Source: a virus
Lineage: Duplodnaviria > Caudoviricetes
Length of the DNA: 64,000 nucleotides
IMG/VR virus record: IMGVR_UViG_3300013121_000041
Location: 1-64,000 of that record
Reading direction: 5' to 3' (one strand)
In this document: one piece after another, positions 54,795 to 62,789 of the stretch
How the letters are laid out: each line of letters starts with the position of its first letter
How positions within the stretch are numbered: position 1 is the stretch's first letter
Made by a program: the position numbers and the translations under genes
The notes under the pieces: model-generated
Told to the model about the DNA's origin: nothing
The model's database searches: none
The model's input: the letters and a program-made list of their open reading frames with translations, nothing else

Positions 54795-56142
54795 ACGTGA
54801 TTTCCTGAAAACTGGATTTCTTTCTATCATTGCCGCTCCGTTTATAGGTGGGATGAAACTGCCGCCAGCACCGTCTCCCGTCGTTGCTCCTCCTCCTCCG
54901 TTGCCTTCCGACGTCAATCCCGTTGAAATCGTCGCCAACAAAATTTCACGAGAACAGCGGTATTGGCGCGAACAAATCATCAAACAGTACGGATCGATGG
55001 ACGCCTACAAGGCGGAACAGCAGCGGAAGATGTTGGTGTCGTTCGAAGAGGAATATGGTATTCGTGGTTGTGATGATGGTGCATTGCGATTGATGGATGA
55101 TGAGACGCGCAAAAAAGCCGAAGCTTTCATGATGGAATATGATGAAAAACTTATGAAAGCAAAGATGATGAAGATCGTCGTCAAATTTCCAAAACTGAAC
55201 GAGCCGTTCAAGAACATCGGTGGTGGCGACCCGTCAAAAAACTATTCACGCGAATCCCTCCCAGAGATCAGGCGTCATTGGTTCGATTTCCGCACTGCCA
55301 TCTCATCTCGCGGTGGCGTGACGATCGATGAGCGTCCCCTGTGGCAGTTTGATGGGGATACCTACGATCCCAATGTCGTCTATTTGATCCCCCACAAATG
55401 CAAGACCGACGGTGCGTTTCCCCCCTCCTGTCTGTTTTATGCACAGACGGTTTTCCCAAATTATTTTACGATCGATCCAGATGGGTGGGGGGCCGATCTA
55501 TCGTTCCTTTCCGACAAAAATTTTGGAAAAATGTCGTCCTTGACGACAAAAAAGCTGTCGTTGGCGGCGTCCGCACGGGAACGCACGTCGTCGGGAAATT
55601 CCAAATTCAGTCAGCCAGCAATCCGAGGGAGTATTTCTAAAACTCCCTACATCCTGTTCGTCTGTCAGATACCGCACGACGAGGCGATCGTCAGATTTTC
55701 GAAAGTGTCGGTGGCCGATGCCCTGCGTGATGCGATCCGTCTGTCGCGCGCCGTGGGCATCGACCTGATCGTCAAGGGCCATCCCGTCAATCCGGGGGCC
55801 ATGATGCCGTTGTGGGAGATCGCCGCCGCCGCTGGCGTCCGATGGGTCGACGATATATCCATCCACGACTGTCTGACGGCACCGTGCGTCGCCGCTTTTA
55901 TGGTCAATTCTGGTGTGGGGTTTGAGGCCCTTTTGATGGGGGTGCCCGTCTATCATTACGGGCGGGCGGAATACGCCAAAGTGGCCACGTTCGTTACTCC
56001 CGGCGACCTCGGGGATGGATGGTGCCCCACCCCAGTCGTCGATGCTGAGGTGGATATTTTCGTGGGGTCTTTTCTGGAACGATGTTTCGATGTGAAGGAT
56101 TTCATCAGTTTTCAACAGGTCGAGAAATTATTCTTGAAATAA
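54781..56142 (+). CDS. KpsS/KpsC-like capsule polysaccharide protein with a Tat-like N-terminal extension
   Basis: SKF.Q, CQIPHD, VKGHP, VNSGVGFEALLMG.PV..G; N-terminus SKRDFLK + Pro-rich linker. Confidence 0.6.
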   Translation: MPLSKRDFLKTGFLSIIAAPFIGGMKLPPAPSPVVAPPPPLPSDVNPVEIVANKISREQRYWREQIIKQYGSMDAYKAEQQRKMLVSFEEEYGIRGCDDGALRLMDDETRKKAEAFMMEYDEKLMKAKMMKIVVKFPKLNEPFKNIGGGDPSKNYSRESLPEIRRHWFDFRTAISSRGGVTIDERPLWQFDGDTYDPNVVYLIPHKCKTDGAFPPSCLFYAQTVFPNYFTIDPDGWGADLSFLSDKNFGKMSSLTTKKLSLAASARERTSSGNSKFSQPAIRGSISKTPYILFVCQIPHDEAIVRFSKVSVADALRDAIRLSRAVGIDLIVKGHPVNPGAMMPLWEIAAAAGVRWVDDISIHDCLTAPCVAAFMVNSGVGFEALLMGVPVYHYGRAEYAKVATFVTPGDLGDGWCPTPVVDAEVDIFVGSFLERCFDVKDFISFQQVEKLFLK

Positions 56143-56146
56143 ATAG

Positions 56147-57070
56147 GTGATGCGATTCAGATCATTCATCACCGAACGGGCGTCCAAGGACATCACCGAA
56201 GTTGAGTTGAGTAACGACGTCTTCGATGCGATCCTGAAACTTCTCGGCGATATTGGCGGTCGCCGCAGGGACGGTGAGGTGAAGAGGGGGGAGATCACAA
56301 TCAACGGGAGCCGCGTTCCCGCAATCGTCAGTTTCTTTTCGAACCAAGCGCAGATGAATAGTGTTTCCGATTCGCCGATGTTCGGCCGTCTGGAAACCGA
56401 ACCATCGACCGGTTTCATGCACGCAGTTGTCATTAATATTGGCGATCTCATTTCCGTTTCTTTCGAATACATCACGTCCGGAACGAGAGGTTCGTTCTCC
56501 CCGTCAGAACGTCACATTACGCTCAACGTCAATCCCGTGGCGTTCGATTTTGACGATGAGATGGTGGACGTCGATCGTCTCGTCAAATTCCTTTCGAGAG
56601 AGCGAACGATCGTTCGCTCCACGTTCGTTCACGAATTTCAGCATCTCCGTCTGTTCGCCCGTGCTGTAGGGGCTTTTGATCGTGGTGCGATCACAAAAAT
56701 CAATGACAAATTGTTCTCGGCGAAGACGGCGGACGATCAACGGGCGGCGTTCGTCGACTATCAGTCGAACCCAAACGAATTTAACTCACATTACGAACAG
56801 ATGCTCCACACCATCCTCGATGACGTCCGTCGCATGGTGAACCTCAAGGTTTCACCACCGCGTTTCGACGAATTGTTCCCGACGCGACACGCCTTCGAAG
56901 ATTACGTGAAGAAATATCACGTCGCTAAAGTGTTTTTACATGGGTTGAAACCGAATATCGCCGATAATTTGGATCGGAGGATACGGGGTCTTTACGACGA
57001 ACTGTCGAAGGCCGGGGACGGTCCGTCCTTGAAGAAAAAACTGAATGACGGGTTCTTTCGTGGAAAATGA
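56147..57070 (+). CDS. Late protein with zincin HExxH motif; possible internal head protein
   Basis: ATAAATA immediately upstream; N-terminus MRFRSFITE; FVHEFQH..E.NS. Confidence 0.5.
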   Translation: MMRFRSFITERASKDITEVELSNDVFDAILKLLGDIGGRRRDGEVKRGEITINGSRVPAIVSFFSNQAQMNSVSDSPMFGRLETEPSTGFMHAVVINIGDLISVSFEYITSGTRGSFSPSERHITLNVNPVAFDFDDEMVDVDRLVKFLSRERTIVRSTFVHEFQHLRLFARAVGAFDRGAITKINDKLFSAKTADDQRAAFVDYQSNPNEFNSHYEQMLHTILDDVRRMVNLKVSPPRFDELFPTRHAFEDYVKKYHVAKVFLHGLKPNIADNLDRRIRGLYDELSKAGDGPSLKKKLNDGFFRGK

Positions 57071-57443
57071 TGCCTTCAAAAAGTTAACGGTCAAGTTGGC
57101 GGGGCGTTACGAGATTCCCACGGAGGCGGCGGCGTTTTGCGTGGGGGTCGTTTTCAACGTCCTTAAAAAGCGGGTCGGAAAGGCCGCCGATCCGGTGGTG
57201 GCTGCATATCCCGGAATTGGCCATTATATGGCCTCGGCAAGGGCTTCTGAGGGGTGGTCAATTTTCGGCGACCTGATGGTGGCGGCCAATCAGATGGCCA
57301 CCGTTGGCCTTCCTATGGGCACCATAGAGGCGTTCTGCACGACGGTATTGGTCGACGCCAGAGCGCGGGTCGGAAAGGCCCCTGTAGATGCGATTTTGTC
57401 GCAAATACCGGAGTTGAAAGGCCGTTTGCCTGACTTTTCTTAA
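57045..57443 (+). CDS. Hypothetical protein
   Basis: 132-aa helical ORF. Confidence 0.5.
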   Translation: MTGSFVENDAFKKLTVKLAGRYEIPTEAAAFCVGVVFNVLKKRVGKAADPVVAAYPGIGHYMASARASEGWSIFGDLMVAANQMATVGLPMGTIEAFCTTVLVDARARVGKAPVDAILSQIPELKGRLPDFS

Positions 57444-57449
57444 ATTCTC

Positions 57450-57478
57450 TTGACAGGGGCTTGAGTCGCCTGTATGGT
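57450..57478 (+). promoter_or_regulatory. Early sigma70-type promoter
   Basis: TTGACA-N17-TATGGT; shares CCTGTATGGT with the 51-bp repeat promoters. Confidence 0.7.
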
Positions 57479-57506
57479 CCTCCCACGATTAACGGGGAGC
57501 ACCGTC

Positions 57507-58163
57507 ATGGCGAAAACGAAGCCCAATCTCTTTGCATCTGCACAGAAGATCGAACCGAAGGCATCGAAGGCGAAAGCCAAGAAGGCCGAAGTCAGGATCG
57601 ATGGTCTCGCGGAATTGGCGTCCATCGCCGCCGTGGTCGAATCTCTCTCTTCCCTGAAAGAAACGTTCGAAGCGCAGGTGAAATCCCGGATGACGGAGTA
57701 TTTCGTCGAAGTCGGAACGGCGACCGGCGAACGTCCCGATAATTTCTACGGGTTCGATGATGCTGCGACGGCCTCCTGTGAATTGCGTCGGCGGTCGAGT
57801 GCGTCTGGCCTCACTGACGCCGAGGTCGATCTCCTCGTCCGCGTCGGTATTCCGACCGAACAGATCGAAGATCGCCCGGACACGTTCATCATCAATCCGG
57901 TTTACAAGGAAGACGCCGCCCTGATGGATCGGGTCGGCAAGGTGCTCGGTGGCATCAAGGACATTCCAGAGGATTTCATCCAGCATCAGGTGTCGCGTAA
58001 GAAGACGATCGTGAACGATCAGTCTCTCAGCGCCCTGTTCAAACTCGACGCGAATCAGATTCGTGAATTGATCTCCGTCGTCGGCACGCTCGCCGTCAAG
58101 CCGAAGATCGATGAAGAACTGTCGATCACCCTCAACCGCGTTCGCGCAATCCTCGGAGTCTGA
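57507..58163 (+). CDS. Hypothetical early protein
   Basis: GGGAG RBS; follows the promoter. Confidence 0.7.
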   Translation: MAKTKPNLFASAQKIEPKASKAKAKKAEVRIDGLAELASIAAVVESLSSLKETFEAQVKSRMTEYFVEVGTATGERPDNFYGFDDAATASCELRRRSSASGLTDAEVDLLVRVGIPTEQIEDRPDTFIINPVYKEDAALMDRVGKVLGGIKDIPEDFIQHQVSRKKTIVNDQSLSALFKLDANQIRELISVVGTLAVKPKIDEELSITLNRVRAILGV

Positions 58164-58164
58164 C

Positions 58165-58497
58165 ATGGGCGTTCTCTGTGATGATTTCATTCCGCCTCGG
58201 GCATGGGCAACGATCCCCGAACACATGGTCGAAGCCACCCGTCGTTACATCGAACGGGGCATCCCACCGGGCGGATTTCTCACGGCGGTCATCTGCAACG
58301 ATCTCGTCGGTGCCGTAGCCCGTGCCGATGAAATCAACGCCGTCCGCCTCGTCGATTGGGTCCGTTTCTTTCATATGTACGCACCGGCAACGTGTTGGGG
58401 CGACGAATACTGTTTCGACAAGTGGGTGGAAGCCGGTGGTCTCTCTGGTATGAAAATGGAGAAGGGTGATGAAGACGCTCGTCGAACGCCTGAATGA
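58165..58497 (+). CDS. Conserved phage hypothetical protein
   Basis: RYIE.GIPPG.FL.AV..NDL..A..RAD..N..P..CWG. Confidence 0.65.
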   Translation: MGVLCDDFIPPRAWATIPEHMVEATRRYIERGIPPGGFLTAVICNDLVGAVARADEINAVRLVDWVRFFHMYAPATCWGDEYCFDKWVEAGGLSGMKMEKGDEDARRTPE

Positions 58498-58660
58498 ACG
58501 GACCGACGAACCCATTTGTGTCGAAGCGGCGGCGGAGATCGAACGGTTGCGTAAGGTCATCATGAGTCTGGCCCATACCATTGCCGCCGCCCGCCGGGTA
58601 TTGAAGGAATCTTGATACGAGACGGAAAACGGTCTCGTTAAAATATGGAGGAGAAATTCA

Positions 58661-59134
58661 ATGAGCACTCGTGCTGACATCATCGTTCGCCGCACCGACG
58701 ACAAGTGGGCGCGCGTCTATCTGCATTTCGACGGTTATCCCGATGGTGCCGGTCGAACGTTGTTCGAAAGTTACAACGATCAGGACCGGGCCGAACTCCT
58801 CGTTTCCGGCGGTGATATGTCGTCGCTCGCCGAGAGTTGCGATTGTCCCGAAGGACATACGTTCGATACGCGAGTCGATGGATATACGGTTTATTACGGT
58901 CGTGATCGTGGCGAGACCGATTGTGAGGCCAGCGTGTTCGACTCAGTTTCGGAGGCGTGGCCGCCGAAAGACACGTGGACGGAATTTACCTACGTGTGGG
59001 ACGGCTATCGTTGGTGGGTCGGCGATCCGGATGAAGGATTTCAGACAGTCAAACTGCTCGAAGATGTCTTGAGTGGGACCGCAACTATCCATCCTGACAT
59101 CAAGGCGTTCGGTGTTGCAATTGGGAAATGGTGA
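58661..59134 (+). CDS. Conserved phage hypothetical protein
   Basis: MSTR..I..Y.HFDGYP..G..L..GDMSSL..YGRDRGE..E..Y.W. Confidence 0.7.
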   Translation: MSTRADIIVRRTDDKWARVYLHFDGYPDGAGRTLFESYNDQDRAELLVSGGDMSSLAESCDCPEGHTFDTRVDGYTVYYGRDRGETDCEASVFDSVSEAWPPKDTWTEFTYVWDGYRWWVGDPDEGFQTVKLLEDVLSGTATIHPDIKAFGVAIGKW

Positions 59135-59143
59135 CGTCAAATC

Positions 59144-59746
59144 ATGAAGTACGACAAGTTCGCTTTCATCACACCGCCGCGCGCGGAAAACCGCATACCG
59201 CCGGGATTGCTCGACGGTTACGAGGCGCGCGGATGGTGGGCACAGAGGAAATTGAACGGAACGAATTCCGTGATCTTCGTGTCGCCGGAGAAGACGTTGC
59301 GGGCGATGACACGCCACGGTGAAGATCATAAGATGTGGTCGTTCTCCGACGACTCTGCGGCCGTCTTCCGAAATCTCCCCGGAAGGGGATGGTGGGTCAT
59401 CAACGCGGAGTTGATGCACTCGAAGGGTGGTGGTATGAGGGACGTGAATTACGTTCACGACGTTCTCGTTGCCGACGGTGACTGGCTGTTGGGTTCGACG
59501 TACCAGCAACGATGGGGCATCCTCTCGTCCGTGTTGCCCGGCAAGGAAGACGGATGGCGGCGCATCGTCAACGCGAAGACGTGGCTCGCGAATAACGTCG
59601 TTTCCGGGTTCAAGGATGCTTTCAGTTCTCTCGTCGGGGTCGAATTTGAAGGTCTCGTCCTCAAAGACCCTCTCGGCAAATTGGCCACGAAGGGGGTGCC
59701 GTGGGCAGTGAAGTGTCGCCGTCCGGCGAAGAATTACGGCTTCTAG
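59144..59746 (+). CDS. Minimal ATP-dependent ligase-like nucleotidyltransferase
   Basis: QRKLNG (motif I), NAEL (III), HDVL (IIIa), EGLVLK (IV), W.VKCR (V); no OB domain. Confidence 0.65.
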   Translation: MKYDKFAFITPPRAENRIPPGLLDGYEARGWWAQRKLNGTNSVIFVSPEKTLRAMTRHGEDHKMWSFSDDSAAVFRNLPGRGWWVINAELMHSKGGGMRDVNYVHDVLVADGDWLLGSTYQQRWGILSSVLPGKEDGWRRIVNAKTWLANNVVSGFKDAFSSLVGVEFEGLVLKDPLGKLATKGVPWAVKCRRPAKNYGF

Positions 59747-59806
59747 GAGGCATCATGTTCGGGGGGAGAAAAGATCGGTTCGAAAAACGGGAGACCTCAT
59801 TGGAGA

Positions 59807-60058
59807 GTGGAGATGTATAAGTTGCCTGAGTTGCGACGCATCGCGTTGCTGTTGGAAGATCATGAGAACGGCGTCGAAGTGTCGTATTATCACCTTCGAA
59901 AACTCGTCGGCATGGGTTTCCTGATCGCCGTCGACGAGAAGATTGAGATGGGACGGCCGCGCAAGGTGTACGTTAAATCCGGCAATTATGCCGCAAAGAT
60001 CGAGAGACTCCGCGAGGAAATCAGGAAGTTGGAAGATGGCGGGGATGAAGCGAAGTAA
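59807..60058 (+). CDS. Hypothetical protein (winged-HTH-like)
   Basis: YHLRKL..G..GRPRKVY. Confidence 0.5.
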   Translation: MEMYKLPELRRIALLLEDHENGVEVSYYHLRKLVGMGFLIAVDEKIEMGRPRKVYVKSGNYAAKIERLREEIRKLEDGGDEAK

Positions 60059-60599
60059 AACGATAACTCTCACGATCCTGACGGCGAGCACGGCGTCCGT
60101 TCTGGCGGCCTGTCACGATACTTCGATTCCGCCACCGTCAACACTCGTGATGGACGTTCCGGCGAATTTCTCAGACGTCGGTGCCTGTGAGAAAATCCAC
60201 GGGTCGGGATCGTGCGTCGCTCCCTCCGTCATGACGGACGGGGAACACCCGCGCTTTCGTTCGATGGAAGAATGTGAGGCCGTGTTTCCCGGAGACTGTC
60301 GGCCGAAATTTCTGACGGCGGAGAACGATTTCACGTTCGTCGACGGTGGCCGCATATCGGAGGCCAATCGAAGTGGTGGTGTCTACGTATATTATCACCC
60401 GAATTACATTTCTGGCGTGACGCATTATTATGCGCCGGTTTACAGTGGTGGTCATTATACCGGTGGTTATGTTGGCGGTAGTTTGAAGGCCGCGTCGGCT
60501 CCGGCCGCGAAGGTGGCCGTGGTCCCCGGACGGATCGTTCCGTCGACGATCGGACGTGGTGGTTTCGGTGTTTCGGCACACGGATCGGTCGGTGGGTGA
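60045..60599 (+). CDS. DUF1190 (YgiB-like) lipoprotein
   Basis: Lipobox LAAC, HPRF.S..CE..F, C-terminal RGGFG; precedes the Gsp synthase. Confidence 0.75.
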   Translation: MKRSKTITLTILTASTASVLAACHDTSIPPPSTLVMDVPANFSDVGACEKIHGSGSCVAPSVMTDGEHPRFRSMEECEAVFPGDCRPKFLTAENDFTFVDGGRISEANRSGGVYVYYHPNYISGVTHYYAPVYSGGHYTGGYVGGSLKAASAPAAKVAVVPGRIVPSTIGRGGFGVSAHGSVGG

Positions 60600-61759
60600 T
60601 GGAACGGTTAAAGACGCCGCCGCGCGAGAATTGGCAGGAGAAGGTTGAGTCCGTCGGCCTTACGTTTCATTCCAACGGCATCAGGCCGGTGAATGACGGT
60701 GGAACGTGGTGGGACGAAACGGCATATTACGAATTTACGTCCGCAGAGGTCGATGAACTCGAAGTTGCGACGGAGACCCTCCATCAGATGTCGATCGAAG
60801 CCGCCGAGAGGATCATCGGCGATCCGTCTCTCATGGAACACATGATGATCCCGTTCGAATATCGGGACATGATCAGGGCGTCGTGGGAGCGACGAGACCC
60901 GCACGTGTACGGACGGTTCGACGTCGTTTATGACGGCAATGGTCCGCCAAAACTCCTCGAATACAATGCCGACACGCCGACGTGTCTCATCGAATCCGCC
61001 GTCGTGCAATGGTATTGGTTACTCGATAAATTCGGCGACGCCGATCAATTCAATTCAATCCACGAGAAGCTGCTCGTCCGTTGGAATGAGATCGCCGCGA
61101 TGACGGTTGCACCGATTTACTTTTCTTCCATCAAAGATAACCTCGAAGAATTTGCCACCGTCGAGTACATGCGTGACGTGGCGACACAAGTCGGGATCGA
61201 CGGTCGTTTCATCCACATGGAGGACATTGGGTGGGACGGCGTGCGGCGACGTTTCGTCGATGAAAACGCCTCTCCGTTCGTCCACTGGTTCAAACTCTAT
61301 CCGTGGGAATGGCTGGCGCAGGAGGAATTCGGAAAGTATCTGCCGGAGGTCGCCGACGTCCTCGGGATCATCGAACCGCCGTGGAAGGCCGTCCTGTCCA
61401 ACAAGGGCCTCTTGCCGGTGCTGTGGGAGATGTTCCCCGGTCATGATTATCTCCTCCCGTCGTACTGGTCTCCCGGCCCTTTGGAAGGCCGTGGGAAAGT
61501 GTCCAAACCTCTCTATGGGAGGGAGGGAAAGAACGTCGGAATACATCACGGGGGCGCTGCGTCCGTTTCTGGCGGTCCCTATGGGAGTCGGACCATTTGG
61601 CAGGAGGCGGCCAACGTTCCGAATTTCAACGGCAATTACGCGATCCTCGGTTCGTGGGTGATCGGAGATAAAAGTGCTGGGATCATTGTGCGTGAGGATG
61701 ACGCCCCTTTAATCGTCGGAGGTAGTCGGGTCGTTCCACATATTTTCCGTCATAAATAG
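60596..61759 (+). CDS. Glutathionylspermidine synthase-like ATP-grasp (YgiC family)
   Basis: YGRFD..KLLEYNADTPT..E, FNSIHE, FKLYPWE, EPPWK..SNK, KP..GREG. Confidence 0.92.
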   Translation: MMERLKTPPRENWQEKVESVGLTFHSNGIRPVNDGGTWWDETAYYEFTSAEVDELEVATETLHQMSIEAAERIIGDPSLMEHMMIPFEYRDMIRASWERRDPHVYGRFDVVYDGNGPPKLLEYNADTPTCLIESAVVQWYWLLDKFGDADQFNSIHEKLLVRWNEIAAMTVAPIYFSSIKDNLEEFATVEYMRDVATQVGIDGRFIHMEDIGWDGVRRRFVDENASPFVHWFKLYPWEWLAQEEFGKYLPEVADVLGIIEPPWKAVLSNKGLLPVLWEMFPGHDYLLPSYWSPGPLEGRGKVSKPLYGREGKNVGIHHGGAASVSGGPYGSRTIWQEAANVPNFNGNYAILGSWVIGDKSAGIIVREDDAPLIVGGSRVVPHIFRHK

Positions 61760-61762
61760 AGG

Positions 61763-62323
61763 ATGACCGATGAACCATCCAGAACGACGGCCGGGGGAGC
61801 CTTCGCCCCACCCGAATCTGTGAACAATCTGTACACGAACAAATTTCGTCTCGTCTTCCTCAAAATTCCGACGACGACGTTTTTTTGTACGGACGCCGCT
61901 CTGCCCGACCTGTCCCTCAATTCCATCCCGATCACGACGCCGTTCAATCCCCATTTCGTGGGTGATACGTCCGTCACGTACTCCGATCTGACCGTGAGAT
62001 TTCAGGTCGATGAGGATTTGAAGAACTACAAGGAAATTCACAAATGGATGGTCGGCATCGCTTCGCCGGAACGTTACCCGCAATTCACCGATCTGATCAA
62101 TTCAAACACACCGTCCGGAACGTCCACCGGATACCACATCTATTCAGACGCCCGTTTATTGACGTTGAAAAATTCCCACCTCTATAATCTGTCCATCGTC
62201 TTTAGAGACGCTTTCCCAATTCGTTTGACTGGCATCCGTTTTCGCACGGGCGAGAACGTCGTCGCCACGGCCGACGCGACGTTCAAGTATAACTACTATG
62301 AGTTCGAGGACGGCTTGGCTTGA
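61763..62323 (+). CDS. gp3: Tail tube terminator gp3
   Basis: N.L..NKF..IP..FFC..LP..GD..Y..L.V.F.VDEDLKNYKEIHKW, SDA.L, F.DAFP..L; ATAAATA upstream. Confidence 0.88.
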   Translation: MTDEPSRTTAGGAFAPPESVNNLYTNKFRLVFLKIPTTTFFCTDAALPDLSLNSIPITTPFNPHFVGDTSVTYSDLTVRFQVDEDLKNYKEIHKWMVGIASPERYPQFTDLINSNTPSGTSTGYHIYSDARLLTLKNSHLYNLSIVFRDAFPIRLTGIRFRTGENVVATADATFKYNYYEFEDGLA

Positions 62324-62354
62324 CGCCGACCGTTCGAATTTGTTATGATGGGCC

Positions 62355-62789
62355 ATGAAATTATCGGATTTACAGACAGAGTGGAAGGCCGATTCCAAGA
62401 TCGAGCCGATGACGATCGCGGAGTCGGCGATCGGCGTCCCAAACCTACATTCGAAATACCTGACGTTCCTCTCTTCTGAGAGGGTGCGTTTGCGTGCGCT
62501 CGTCGCCGAACGGGCGATCCTAGAGAAGAAACTCGAAGATTATTTCGAGGGGAGGATCGACGGTCGTGACATTGGGAGGGGACCGTTCCAGCACGTTGTT
62601 TCGACGAAATCAAAACTCGAAAAACTGATCAATTCCGATCCTGAGATGATGGCCGTCAATCTGGCGATGGTCGAGTCTGAGGAGATCGTCGGTTTCCTAA
62701 AAGAGGTGATCACGTCGATCAATGGCAGGAATTTTACGATCAAAAACTACATCGACTATCAACGGTGGCTCAATGGAGGATCGCTCTGA
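62355..62789 (+). CDS. uvsY: Recombination mediator UvsY
   Basis: LQ.EW..DS.I..P.LHSKYL..I..R.F.IKN.ID..R...G. Confidence 0.88.
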   Translation: MKLSDLQTEWKADSKIEPMTIAESAIGVPNLHSKYLTFLSSERVRLRALVAERAILEKKLEDYFEGRIDGRDIGRGPFQHVVSTKSKLEKLINSDPEMMAVNLAMVESEEIVGFLKEVITSINGRNFTIKNYIDYQRWLNGGSL

